A stretch of 64,000 nucleotides of DNA from Octopus sinensis (GCF_006345805.1 NC_042998.1:98146001-98210000); one strand, 5' to 3'; positions 25,496-39,130 are shown, numbered from the stretch's first letter. Notes: generated by a model from the letters alone, not told the origin. Numbers and translations: made by a program.

Positions 25496-26984
25496 TCAAG
25501 AGACTACCATCAAAAAGGAAATAAAGCTCCTTGTCACCAGTGAGTTTTCACTTTCTAAAAATCTAGACTTTCAACATTTCAATTTGTATTTGTTTTTGCA
25601 AGATTTTTAATGTAAAACTGTTACTGAAACAGATTCTATTTTATTTTGAAAGGTCATTCTACCAAGAAAAACATATGCATTAGTTACAGTTCACTTTACT
25701 GTTAAATAATCCATTAATAATATATTAGCTTTTTTTTTTGTTTTGTTGTTTTTATCAGAAATATTTCTAATCCCTACTCATAGAATTTTGTTTTTCAATT
25801 GAACACGATTTTATAAGTCTTATATTATCCACATGATAGAATCAACATTACCATTCATGTTTCTGAGGTAGTAATGGTGACGGTCAATTAATAATCTGTA
25901 ATTCAGTATACCTTTCCAATTTCTCTTTTATAAACCTAAAAGTTTAGTTCACTTATAGTTGAACCACTAGATTAATAAAGTTCAATGCATATATTACACA
26001 TACCACACTTTCCACCATACAAATCAAATATTTAAGACCAAACTTTATGGCCAAAAAAGTAGGTCGACTTGTATACCAAGATGACTTTGGAAAGCCAAAA
26101 ATTCCTTGCGAAATGCAGGAATTAGAAATATAGTAATGTTTGTATGCTTACACTATATTCTATGTCAACTTGTATACTGGAAAATACAATATCTGGCTTG
26201 ATTAATGTTTTATTTCCACAAAACAAATACAAAATGAAATGTTGTATAGTGCTAGCAAAGCTAGCAAGGAAGTGGAAATCACTGGTGACAAAAACCTCTA
26301 TATCCATAGAAACTACAACTCAAAACACCTAAGAAAAATATTACCAAAAAGAAATTAGCCAACAAGAATGATAAAAACATAGCATGCACACACAAGTTAT
26401 AGTTCAGACACACATGGATGCTTGCCATCCATCATAAGCACGTATGGCAAGATCAACTACACATGTAGTAACATGGCAACACACACATGCTTAGCAACAT
26501 ACAAACACGAGAATAATATCAGTCATGGAAGGAAGTCAATTGAGGTTACAGATGTGTGTGATGAAAGAGTTTCCACAATTCAAATGAAGTGATTAATAAC
26601 TAATGAATATTAAAGAAATGAAGCATGTCCAGTACGTGCATTTTTATCGGATGAATGATGCTCCAAAGTAAAATGAAATCCGTTTCAATACACAGTAATG
26701 TCACAAAAATAAATCTCTCAAAACAAATACAAAATGAAATGATGATAACAACATTATAATACTATTATTAAAATTGATTTTTCAGAGGTACAAGGGAAGG
26801 AGTATAATTTACTAAATTAAACTTGTGCATGACTGATACATATATTTTCAATACAGAAAAGATTTAAGACAAAATTAACATAAGGATTTTAACTCAAAAT
26901 ATAAGGAGAGGAAACTAAATACTGAAAGCATTTTGTTCATCATTCTATCACTCCTTATAATAATATCAATAATAATAATGGTTC

Positions 26985-27180
26985 CATTTTGGCACAAAAT
27001 CAGCAAATTCAGGGAAGGGGATTAGTCAATTACATCAAACCCAGTACTTAACAGGCACTTATTTTATTAACTCCAAAAGAACAAAAGGCAAAGTCAACCT
27101 TGGCAGAATTTGAACTCAAAATGTAAAGACAGATGAAATGCCACTAAGCATTTTGTCTGGCATGCTAACAATTCTGCCAC
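26985..27180 (-). mobile_element. tRNA-derived SINE of a second type (Meta-domain-like core)
   Basis: Minus strand TGGCAGAATTGTTAGCATGCCAGAC...GAGTTCAAATTCTGCCAAGGTTGACTTTGCCTTT...AATAAAATAAGTGCC. Related pieces lie at 29806-29960 and ~43110-43230. Confidence 0.65.
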
Positions 27181-27319
27181 CACCACATTCTGCCTGTATT
27201 TCTGAGGAGAGAGGCCAAGTCAATTGTATCTGCCCCAGGACTCAGCTGGTGCTTTATTTTAACTCCATAAAAGAAAGATGACCTCAATGGAATAATAATA
27301 ATAATAATGATGATGACGA

Positions 27320-29565
27320 TGATGGTTGCTTCCATCAATTTTGACGTATGAGTGTTTGAAGGAGAGGACTTAAAGAGAGTAATAGAAAGGCAGAAAAATA
27401 AAATCCTAAGAAGCTGCATCTATTTGCGATGGATGCATGAATGTAATTTGAGTCCAGATATGGATTTTGCTATGAAATCACCATGGGGACATTAATTATT
27501 TTGATTTCGCCTGGGATTGGGCAAACATGTCTGTTGGTTGCAGTTCTATTGTTCTTTTTCTTCAACTAAAATTGTTTGGATGCATTGTGATCAATCTAAG
27601 CAATGACTTTCCCAAGATGTCAAATTAAGCTGTAGAGATTTTAGTGAGTGTTTCAACTTACCCTTATATCTAAGGACAGGTCTTTCTTTGTGTCACAATA
27701 TTCCTCCACTTGTTGGTCATACAGAAGAATTTTTGGAATGTGGTCAGTTTTCATTTGAACAACATGTCCTACCCATCTGTACTGAATCCTCAGCAGCATA
27801 CTTTGGATACTGCAGATATTACATTTTTCTAAGATTTTGACATTAGATATCTTATCTTGCCATTTTATGTTGCATATGTTGCACAAACGGCACATATGAA
27901 AGGTTTCAAGTTTCTTTATATGTCTGGAGTAGGAAGTCCATGTTTCTTCCCCATACAAAAGTGTGCTCAAAATACAATATTTGTATACACTTTAGTTTTC
28001 AGACTGACATCATGTTTATCCTCTAAATGATGGGAAAGTTTTCCAAAAGCACTTGTAGCCTTAGATATTCTAACATTGATTTCGTCATCAATTGTACTCT
28101 TAAAGTTTACTGTACTTACAAGATAGTTAAATGACCTGACCCATTTGAATGGCTTGTTATCTATCATTATGTTTGAGTGTTGAGTATGTCCTGCCCCAGG
28201 TCTTGGTTGGAATTAAACCTGTTGACCGTTTCCTGAATTCCCTCAAATCTGTGAGAAATCAAAGCACAATCATCAGCAAACAAAAAGTCACATAGGATCT
28301 CTTCCTTGGTCTCTCTCTTTGATCTGAAACTTTGGCCTTTCAGATTTAATAGATCTCTTGTGTGAAACTGGAATTGTACATCTTCATGGTAATCCATGGA
28401 AGCATGTTGGAGCACCATTGAAAAGAATATGGGAAAATGTACAGGGGCTAAACACATCCCTGTTTGGTTCCTGTGGCAACAGGAACTACCTCTGAACATT
28501 GACTACTAAATATGACTGTTGCCATCATTCCTTTATGCAGCTTTTGAAAGTCCAGCTTTTGACAAAATTTTCCAGAACACCTCATGATTCACTGTATCGA
28601 AGGCCTTGGTCAAGTCAACAAAGACCATGTAGAAGTGAGTATTTTGTTCATGTGCTGTTCTTGAACTTGTTGGAGGGCAATTATCATGACAACTGTGCCT
28701 CTCCCAGCCCAAAATCCACATTGAGATTCAGGATATTTGCTGTTTATTACATGTTTATTGATGTGGATAAGGATCACCCTCACAACAATTTTCCCAGCTG
28801 TGCACAACAAGCTTATTCCCCTGTAATTATCACATATACTCTTCTTCCCTTTGTTTTTTGTACAAGTGCATTATAGATGCATTTTGAACTGTTAAGGAAC
28901 ATATCTCAGATCAAACACATCAATTTGTGCAGCTTACAAGTTGTCTGCCATTAAGCTTGTACACCTCTATGGGAATACTATCTTGTCCAGGAGCTTTACT
29001 ATTGGAAAGTTTTTTTGATAACAGCACTAATCTCTTCCAAGGAAGGATCTTCCACTACTTCTTCAATTACAGGCTACTGGGAGCTTTCATTGATTACTTC
29101 AAGATCGATAGTGGATACTTGATTTAATATGGATTTAATATGTTCAGCCATCTTTTCAAAATTTCATCTTTGCTACTTAAAAGGTTTGTCATTAGAGTGA
29201 ATAAGTTCTGTACCACCCTTTCCTGGACCAAATACACACTTCAGATTGCTGTAGAGTGCTCTCACATTGTGAGAGCTAGAAGCCTGTTCCAATTCTTGGG
29301 CTTGTTTTACCCACCAAAAATTTTTCATCTCACACAGTTTTTCTATGTAGTTTTTCTAGGGGAGATGTGTAGGGATCAATGTTGGTAAGTTATTGTCTGA
29401 GATCTATGCCTTGTGTCTCTCATACAAAGTTTCTTGGAGAGGTTTGATTTGAGAATCGTTCTTGTCAAATCAATCTTGATGCTTGCATTTCACAAATCCT
29501 AGAGCTACTTCAGCAGATTTTATGCTGTCACAAATATTGTGCCACAACACTTCAGGGTTGTTGTA
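27320..29565 (-). mobile_element. Decayed RTE-clade LINE (second, BovB/RTE-1-like subfamily), RT domain
   Basis: Frameshifted motifs APGQDSIPIEVYK, SQCGFxxGRGT, VFVDLTKAFDTVNH, CDFLFADDCAL (FADD catalytic motif), TLLYGxETWT..KKLETFH, RWVGHVVQM..HIPKILLY. A (CAT/AT)n tail lies near 27290-27325. Confidence 0.88.
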
Positions 29566-29578
29566 TAATAATAACAAT

Positions 29579-29801
29579 AACAAGAGCACTCAAAGAGTGC
29601 AAACCTCTGCCATTAATTAAAAAAAAAAAAACAGGAAAAATAATCCAGAATCCTTGTCTGGTACTGGATCATTCATGCCACTCACAAGGCCAAACATCCC
29701 TGAAAATTTCATCTGAATCCATCCAGTAGTTCTTGAAATATCTTGTCCACAGACAAACAAACAAACACGACTGAAAACAATGCCTCTGCCAGGGCTGAGG
29801 T
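29579..29801 (+). mobile_element. Helentron-associated (HINE/DINE-1-like) non-autonomous element
   Basis: 5' AACAAGAGCACTC-AAA-GAGTGC hairpin followed by ACCTCTGCC; internal (ACAA)n; 3' GCCTCTGCC...GGCTGAGGT imperfect stem-loop; inserted in an AAT tract without a TSD. Confidence 0.5.
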
Positions 29802-29805
29802 AATA

Positions 29806-29960
29806 ATCCTTTCTACTTCAGACACAAGGCCTGAATAATAATGAAGGGATAGAGGGTCAATCTGACCCTAATATTTGACTGGTACTTATTTTATCAGCCA
29901 AGGAAGGATGAAAGGAAAAGTTGACATTTGTGGGATTTGGACTCAGAATGCAGAGCACCT
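29806..29960 (-). mobile_element. SINE fragment (Meta-like core)
   Basis: TGGTACTTATTTTATC..AGGATGAAAGGAAAAGTTGAC..GGATTTGGACTCAGAATG. Confidence 0.6.
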
Positions 29961-30145
29961 TAACTAAATACTTCTAATAATGATAATATTGATCGTTTCT
30001 AATATAAGAGCAATCAATCACAAATTTGAGAGGAAGCAATTATATTGATTAAGTTGACCCCAATACTTGACTAGTACTTATTGGCTCTGGGATGAGGGAA
30101 ACTAAATTCACAATCTTGGTAGTTGTAATGAACTATAATTAAATA

Positions 30146-30763
30146 CGGGGTAGGGCAGAGAGGACAAATGTTTTTGAAATGGCTATTACTCTGTCCCGAG
30201 GGAGGGACACATGTCCAACAGGTACCATTCGGTCTGTGGTGTCTTAGTTTTTTTTTTCTTTTCTTTTCAGGTGAAGCTATGGTACTTGTACCTGAATTAC
30301 AATGAAAACATTTGCCTCTTTAATATGTGGTTTCAGCAGGATGGGGCGATGGCCCACACAGCCAGAGCATCAATGGACGTTCTGCACCCTCTCTTCAGTG
30401 ACTGCCTCATTGCCAGGTTTGCTGACATTCCTTGGCCCCCTCGGTCCCCTAATTTATCCATATGTGATTATTTCTTGTGAGCAAACAAGGCACGTGTATG
30501 CACACAAACCCCATGCATTGGACGATTTGAAGGAAGCTATTCACGCAGAAGTCACCCAAGTCAACAGAGCAATGCTGGAGAGAGTGGAGGTTAACTTCCA
30601 AGAACGCCTTCAGAAATGCATCAATGAAAACAGACACCACATGATTGTTTTCTACACTTGATTTTGACAAATGCAAACACATTGATGTTAAAATTTGTTT
30701 GTAGCTAAAATTAATGATTTTGTGATTTTTTTCAAAAATGTCCATCCTCTCTGCCCCACCCTG
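30146..30763 (+). mobile_element. Internally deleted DD41D (rosa) Tc1/mariner transposon
   Basis: TIRs CGGGGTAGGGCAGAGAGGA..TTTTTGAAA / TTTCAAAAATGTCCATCCTCTCTGCCCCACCCTG with TA on both sides (30144-45, 30764-65). The transposase C-terminus WFQQDGA...WPPRSPNLSICD has 41 residues between the second and third Asp. Confidence 0.88.
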
Positions 30764-31715
30764 TACCATAAAGTATTTCTTCAGATGCTACAAGTTTTGC
30801 TAGTCTACCTCCCTCCTAATTATAGTAATGAAGCATGAAATCTAAGGCTTGTATAGTGAAATATCTTACAGAAGCACAATGCAATATCTGATGTAACTCT
30901 TGACCCTAAAAATTTTAAAGTTACTCACAAGTTGTTTGAAATAAAGCATCACATTTCTTAAGTAAGAACTGAATTTTCGAAAGACATCTATAATTCAGTA
31001 ATTTGTCTTATGAGACATTGCAGGAAAATTTGAATTTCAAATAAACATATTTCTTTTTGTATTTTACTTCTCATTGGACTGTGACCATACTGGTGCACCA
31101 GCTTGAAGGATTTAGTTGAACAAATCAACCCCAGTATTTATTTATTTCTTAACTGGTACTCAGTGGTTCAGTAAAAGAGACCAACAGACTAAGTTATGGG
31201 CACATAAACCAATAATGGTTGTCAAGAGGTGGTGGTGGTTATCAAATCACATGGAGGATTGAAGCAGCACTTGAATATTCATAATCAACAATGGAGAATG
31301 GAGCCAATGCTAAAATAAGCCATTGCTACAGTATGTGTGATTAGCTCTTCAAGCACCTTTTCAGGCACAAAAGTCATTTAACATCTCACACCAAGAAAGA
31401 GCAATTATAGGTACAAAAAGAGATCAAGCTCTGCAAGGAGTAGAGAGCCACTACATACATACATTACATTACATACACATGCTTTTTTCAGTTTCCATCT
31501 ACCAGTGTCACTAACAAGGCCTTGGTTGGCCAAAAGCTATAGAAGAATAAAAGAACCTTAAGAGGAGTCACTTAAAAACAGGATCACAGTATTAAAAGGT
31601 GGAAATTTTAAACACCCACATACACACAGCACTGTTCTGTACTCTCTTTACTTCACCCAATTTAAAGTATGAACAGTTTCACAGACCAAAACTAGATCTA
31701 AACTCTATGTGTGGG

Positions 31716-31718
<3 letters not shown>

Positions 31719-31790
<72 letters not shown>
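31719..31790. repeat. (AG)36 microsatellite
   Basis: Perfect dinucleotide run. Confidence 0.98.
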
Positions 31791-31794
<4 letters not shown>

Positions 31795-32289
31795 AAAACA
31801 AAGAGCAAAATGAAAGAACAAAAGGAAGGTCATTGCTTTTAATGTCCACAAATGTTATCTGAAATAATGAACTTTAAATTAGAATATGGCAAATTGAACA
31901 AATTCCACAGAAACAAATATAAGAAGTTTGTTCTAAAATGCCAAGATTTACTGAAAACTAATACTACCTAAGTAAGTGTTTGGTGAACTTTAGGTGTAGT
32001 AATACATGTTGGATTGTAAATGCAAAACGTTGATAACTTGACTTTAATAGAACGCAAAAATAATGTACTTCTGCTGTGTACTTATAGTACATAGAAGACT
32101 GAATATGTCAACAAAATTATGATGTCAGAAATGCAAGATTTTCATTTAGATCTTTCACAAACTTTCAAGTGAACAAGAAATAATCAGGTATATGAAAGAA
32201 AACAAAAATACGAAAGGCAAATGTAGGTTTATGCCTTTTGTATTAATACAATTATTAACTGATATAGGGAAATAAGACAAATCAAAATC

Positions 32290-32690
32290 ATTGTTTTACT
32301 GTCCACTTTCCCATGATTGCAGGGATCAGATGGAATTTGAGACAAGTTTCCTATAGCTGGATGCCCTCCCGGTTGCCATCCTCAACTTTTTCCATACAAA
32401 GTAATATTTCCCCTTGACCAAACATTTTTCATGGAAGATTGGAAACAAATAACATTACATATATGACAGTGATGCTCATTTACAACCACTACATAATGTC
32501 AAGACAAGGGTACACACAAACATGTACACATATGCATACAAATAATTATATACATATATGACAGGCTTTTGGTTTCCATCCATGAAATTCATACACAAGG
32601 TTTTGGCCAGCCCAGGACTATAACAGAAGACACTTCCCCACGGGGTCACACTGTGGGTCTGAAACAAATCACACATCCACGCTTTTACTT
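32290..32690 (-). mobile_element. Composite SINE: tRNA/CORE-like head, microsatellite, RTE-derived tail
   Basis: The tail motif CTGGATGCCCTCCC..TTGCCATCC and head motif AGAAGACACTTCCCC are shared with 38410-38795 and 47596-48036. Confidence 0.65.
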
Positions 32691-32862
32691 AATCTTCATA
32701 TAAAACTATTTTTAAAATTATATTTTTCTCTTTGTCAAAAAAGTTCTCAAATTCATACACATTTAAGAGGAAAATAAAGTTTCAACCAGATACTGTAAAC
32801 TCCTCACCGTTTTCTAATTTACTCAACTATTAACTGTAAAAATATCAAGACAATAAGCAACA

Positions 32863-33025
32863 GGAGCAGGAGTGGCTGTGTGGTAAGTAGCTTGCTAACC
32901 AACCACATGGTTCTGGGTTCAGTCCCACTGCGTGGCATCTTTGGGCAAGTGTCTTCTGCTATAGCCCCGGGCCGACCAATGCCTTGTGAGTGGATTTGGT
33001 AGACAGAAACTGAAAGAAGCCGGTC

Positions 33026-33112
<87 letters not shown>

Positions 33113-33327
33113 TGTGTCTGTGTTTGTCCCCCTAGCATTGCTTGACAACCAATGCTGGTGTGTTTACGTCCCCGTCACTTAGCGGTTCGGCAAAAGAGAC
33201 CGATAGAATAAGCACTGGGCTTACAAAAAATAAGTCCCGGGGTCGATTTGCTCGACTAAAGGCGGTGCTCCAGCATGGCCGCAGTCAAAATGACTGAAAC
33301 AAGTAAAAGAGTAAAGAGTAAAGAGTA
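32863..33327 (+). mobile_element. Young full-length tRNA-derived SINE (CORE-like head, internal (TA)n(TG)n, (AAAGAGT)n tail)
   Basis: GGAGTGGCTGTGTGGTAAG (A box), GGTTCAGTCCC (B box), TTGGGCAAGTGTCTTCT (CORE-like), tail GTAAAAGAGTAAAGAGTAAAGAGT. Confidence 0.9.
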
Positions 33328-34334
33328 AAACAAAACTAGGGATTTGAGAGTAAATCTAATTATCTACATAAGACTGAAATAAGTCTTTCCCTAGAACATC
33401 TGTTTAATAAGGCTTTTGAAACAATTTCATTTTATTTCACACATTTAATCGCTATGTAAAGAAATTGAAACTATGATCTTTATGGTTTGAGTCACTGCAT
33501 GTTGAAATCTTTAAAAAAACATTTGAATGTAGCATATAGATGCAATTTGTGATGCTGAATCTGAATTTGTTATTAATCTATATCCAGAAAAATTTTACGA
33601 AAATGTTACAGGTGTTCAAAGTTCAATAGTTTTCAGAATTTTCAGCCAATCAGAAAACAGCACATTGACTTCATCTTCCGTCATCTGTCACAGTAGCAGG
33701 AGGCACCAGCATGTCAAAATCTGCATAAAGTTCTCAAATCGAATTCCTACTGTTATGAAAAGAAACAATTATGGAACATGTGGTAGTTACACTTCTTATG
33801 TGCAGCATCTTTGGTTACTATGGAAACAGTTCTTTGCAAACAGTTATGGAATATGTGGTGGTTATACTCCTTGGTTACTATGGAAACAGGGTTCATTGCT
33901 TACCATGCTAACAGAACTTCATGGCAATGTGTAAAATACATGCTTTTGATTGGCTAAAATACCCAAATTTGCAAACTTTAAAGGTTAATAACTTTCTAAT
34001 TATAAATTTATAGGGAAAATGATTTTCATTTTCATAATTAGTATGCAAAACTTAATCCATAAACCAAATTTGAAAACTGGAACAAAATTGGAGACAGTGA
34101 TTCAAACCACAAAGATCCTAAAACTATTCTGAAGTTACACCTTGACACCTTATAACATTCAGCCAATAGATCTAAGGACTGGAAGGGAAATAGTTATGGG
34201 CAAATTTGATGATATATTCAAGTTTCAAATGACTACCATCTTAAAATCAGAAAAGAATATTCAAGTATGTAAATGAGAAAATACAGAGTGTGCCAGATTT
34301 ATTGCATGAGAAAAAACATTTAACATATGACATT

Positions 34335-34722
34335 ACTCTTTAACTCTCTCTTTTACTTGGTTCAGTTATTTGACTGCAGCCATGCTGGAGCACCGCCTTT
34401 AGTCGAGCAAATCGACCCCAGAGCTTATTCTTTGTAAGCCTAGTACTTATTCTATCAGTCTCTTTTGCCGAACTGCTAAGTTATGGGATGTAAACACACC
34501 AGCATTGGTTGTCAAGCGATGTTGGGGAGACAAACACAGATACACAAACATATATACATATAGGACAGGCTTCTTCCAGTTTTCGTCTACCAAATCCACT
34601 CACACGGCTTTGATCGACCCGAGGCTATAGTAGAAGACACTTGCCCAAGGTGCCATGCAGTGGAACTGAACCTGGGACCATGTGGTTGGTAAGCAAGCTA
34701 CTTAACATACAACCACTCCTGC
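34335..34722 (-). mobile_element. Full-length SINE, same family as 32863-33327, opposite orientation
   Basis: Reverse-complement match along head and tail; roughly 85-90% identical by eye. Confidence 0.9.
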
Positions 34723-37700
34723 ATCTTGTTGAAAACTTTATCACACCAACATTCCTGATTTAATGAAAACAAGCTAAATATAAGAATTTATCTATGCTTA
34801 CTAGCCATGACAGTACTTTAAGAAAACATGATGATTGCTTAAAGGTTGTAAACATTGTAACTGAAACCAGTGACTACATATTTTGCTTCTAAATCCAATA
34901 AAGACAAAAAGATATTTTCGAACTAACATGTTATGTACTTTTGGACAACAGTCAGAAAATCAAACTTTTTAGATCGATAAAGCTTTCTTTCCTTCTTGAC
35001 AAGAGTTAATATATCTACAAGAAAATATTTTTAGGATTCATTTAACTTGCTAAATAAAAACGGATGACTATTTTTAGTATAAAAATGTTATTTAATTCAT
35101 CTGAAATACATTAAATACAGAATCTATGTTATTTCTACCCGTTTAAAAAAGGTATGTACATTATTTGCTCGTTTCCCTTTTTAGTACTTGTACATACTGT
35201 TCTTATAAATATGAAAAGACTGGATTGGTGGCTTTTATATCATAGATCAGCTATACAAGAACTGGTCAATGATTTCCAACAAAAAGTTAACTTGTATATA
35301 TTAACTAGAAATACTCAAATGTAAGAATAACAAAGAAATTAAAACAACACACGACAGCCCATTGGTCCCGAAAATCTGTTGATGCTCAAAACTTCAGAAC
35401 TTCAACAAAATTCAATTTGGCTCGCACTAATCTGCATAAACATCTAAATACTAATGAGAAGTGATAAAGTAGCTGAACTTTAGCATTATAAAAATAATAC
35501 TGACTGTTAGTATGATATGCTTTTCAAATGGTATTCATCTGTAAATCTCTACATCAGAGGTGTTAATATAGAAACAGAAAAACTTTAAAGCCTTACATAA
35601 TGAAAAATGTTTCTTTAAAGATAAGGATTGTAAAGGAATAAGGGGCAACTGAATGTAAGAGCAAGTCTTGCAAAAGATAACAGAAAGTAGTTAACACAAA
35701 CAAACCTATTACATGTTGACTACAGATAATATCAGCTCCTAAGTAAAATTAAGAATATGTGGTGAACTTGGCTTCTGACTATTGAAGATAAATTTACTTA
35801 TCCAAGAAATACATTGTAGGTACATGCTTTTAAATGTTGTTGCAAAAAGTGATGCAAGATCATCATTGAGATACATGGGAAATGAAACATTTTAAAATAT
35901 ATTCTCTCTTACTCTATACATACCTAAGTGACGTTTGATAGTGTTTAGTGGAAGAGTTGGAGTTGACTCTCCTTTAAAGCATTAAAATAAGAGAGGAATG
36001 AAAATTGGAAGTGCCCAAATGCCCTAAACAAAGGGAAAACATCTCTCTCCGATGAAAAACTTTTCCCCAGAATGTTAATTTTCTTTCTCACAGCATAAAA
36101 TTTATTTTACTCATTGAATTTTTTACATTACTATTTGCTGAAGCAGACCATCACTAGTTTCCTTGGATTCTATCATTTTACTGCAAAATATATAACCTTT
36201 AAATAAAACCACTTATTTTCAGTAATACTTTAAAATCAATAAAATTATTGAGAGCCAGCCTATAGATTCTGTATCCTGGATATGCAAATACGTTCTGGCA
36301 TGTGAGTTTTGAGAAAAATATTATTGCATCGCTAGCATTCTTGTCACGAGTAACCCATCTTTATTGAGAGTATATTGTCCTAAATTCCATAGCTTAAAAC
36401 ATCTAAGCCCATTCATTCATAAGGAAGTTTCTTGTGAGAAACTTGACTGCTACATAGATTAGGCCAAATGACTGACAATTTAGAAGCTTGCTTAAATTTT
36501 TTACTGCCTTAATAAACAAAATCAAAGACTGAGACAGTAAACATATTGTGTAAAAAGGGGACAATGTTTTTTTTTAAATAAAAACAAATATTCAGATTTA
36601 AATCCAAAATGGTTAAAGAAGGTATAAACTAAATATGATATATTATAGTTAACCAAACAGTAAGACAACAATTAATACATGAAATTTCAGATTCAATGTG
36701 ATAGGAAATAGAGTGAGGAAAGAATAAATATGTGAGGAAGTGTCATACTAAAAAAAGCTATATGGCAAAAAGTTTATTCATAAACAAATGTTTGTTAAAT
36801 ATATGAATTCATCTCTATGAGAAAAGTTGGTTGGTCTATTTATGAAGTGCAATACTGAATATCCAATTTCAACATTGAGGATTTCTACCAAACTGAAATC
36901 TACTAAAATGCTAGTGGCTGCTCTGTTTAGACATAAAATAAGTGCCAATATTAGCATCCACCCTTCAGATTGTATCAAGGGTGTCAAAAGATTAAAAGTG
37001 ATAATTTGCTAGACCGAATCATAATATCTACATTTCACGCCCTAATTTCTTTGCTAATATTATTAATACTTGTAGACCAAACAAAAAGAGATTAAAGTAT
37101 TTGAACTAGAAACTGAATTTGAAAGAAAAATATTTTCAAGAAAAAAATCATTCCAGTCAGCAATTTTGTTTGGAGTTTTGATGTATTATGGAGAATATTG
37201 TGATCAAATTAATTAAATAAACAGGATTTTAATGAAAAATGGTTCAGATAAATAAGTTTATAAATAGTTATAAGTATATTTTAGCTTGTGTTATTTCATG
37301 GTTTCTACTTCTATTCATCTTGCCACTAATGATAAGTATTTTTAACTTATAAAGTAGAAAGTCTGACAACAGTCCCAGCAGTCTATGAATTTCATACATT
37401 GCTGAAATAACTGTAATTGCTAGAATTCCACAGGTTTCGTAATGATACAAAAAAGTCAAAAGAGCTAAAGATCAGTTTCTGGGGAGGAGAAGGGGAGGAA
37501 AAAAGAGCAAAACTTATATGAGGGTGGAGGAGGAAAGAGGGAAAGCAAAAAAAGCTGAGAGCAGTAGACAACGAAGGGAATAAAAAAAGGAGAAAGAAGG
37601 AAGTATAAAGAGATGGAAAGAAAAGTAATAAGAAAACAGAAATACAAAATTGTTGATACAAACTTTATGATTTGTAAAAAGGCTGTAAATTGGCCTTGAT

Positions 37701-38409
37701 TATTTCCTCCACTAACTCCCAGTTTCTTAGCTAATCTACTTTTGTGATGTATGCTAGCCAAAGTAACGTTTTAAAGAAAATTGGCTCTTCTACATTGTAA
37801 TCAATTTTCAACATTTAACCATAACAACCTAAATTTCCTTTCAACATTAATGCACTGAATCCTAATCCAAATCTATCTTTTGAAATTTTGGCATTAATAA
37901 ACTAAATCAGTCTGATTCTTCTTAAACATTTTCAATCTAACAGTACCATAAATCATTCAACCAGTTTGTATGGAGAGATTATTTTTTACTATAATATAAT
38001 GATAAATAACTTGAAATACACTTTATTATTGATTTATTTTGAAAGCACAAGACATTACATTAATGACAGAGGTGAAAATGGAAAACTGTGACATTTCTTA
38101 AGGACATGGAAAACTCCAGTTAAAATCAAGAACTGAAACTGAATAATAGACTTTTCTCATTGGGAAAATAACTCTCACTCTACAGGATTTTCTGTTTCTG
38201 AGGCACAACATTGATTTTCCTCGTATTCTCTACTTTTTGATGAAAACTAGAGTAAAAGCATTCAAACATATAATCATTTAACTCTTTCTTACAAAAAGTC
38301 GGCTATAGTGACAGTCACAGCCCCTGTCTTTTTACTCAGTCAATATTTGTTTCCACTTGACAAAAAGATATGTTTCTTTTGATGATGTCAAATAGGTTTC
38401 AAAATCATT

Positions 38410-38795
38410 ATTATCATGGGTCAGACAAAGTTTATTGAGGCAGACTCACTATGGTTAGATGCCCTTCATGTTAGCAACCCTCACACTTTCCAAGCAAGGT
38501 AATACTGCCTCGTGGTCAGACAGGTTTTCACAGAATACTGAAAATGAATGACACTGCTTATATGACAGTGACACTCTTTACAGCTATCCTGCAATGTCAA
38601 GACAAGGAGACACAAATACACACATATATATGCATACAACAGACTTCCTTTGGTTTCCATCTACAAAATCTATCCACAAGGCTTTGGTCAATCTGGGGCT
38701 ATAGTAGAAGCTACTTAACCAAGATGTCATGCAGTGCAACTGAATCAATATAGTTGGAAAACAAATTTCTTAACCACACATCCATACCTGTGCCT
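38410..38795 (-). mobile_element. Composite SINE with RTE-like tail (decayed)
   Basis: TAGATGCCCTTCATGTTAGCAACC...CAATGTCAAGACAAGG...GGGGCTATAGTAGAAG...TTCTTAACCACACATCCATACCTG. Confidence 0.65.
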
Positions 38796-39130
38796 TAATG
38801 AGTGATCTTGTTTAAATATCTAACTGATAATATGCATGAAGTATGGATCAGTTATTGATATCTGTGTTTTGCATATGAACACAATAGTTTTCTCATAAAT
38901 TAAGAGGTAAATGTTGCAAATGTGAAAGCCAAGAAGCCCATTAATAGCTAGAAATGATTGCCATCATTTGTTATTGGATGATAAACATTTGGACAAATCT
39001 TTTATCACCCATTACGAAGATCTTAACTAAATATATATTTCATTCAATAACTTTTACTTATAGTTCTATATTTAAGAGATGGGGAATTATTTACATATGA
39101 CGGATATTTGTCCTCATCTTGTTTGTTGTT

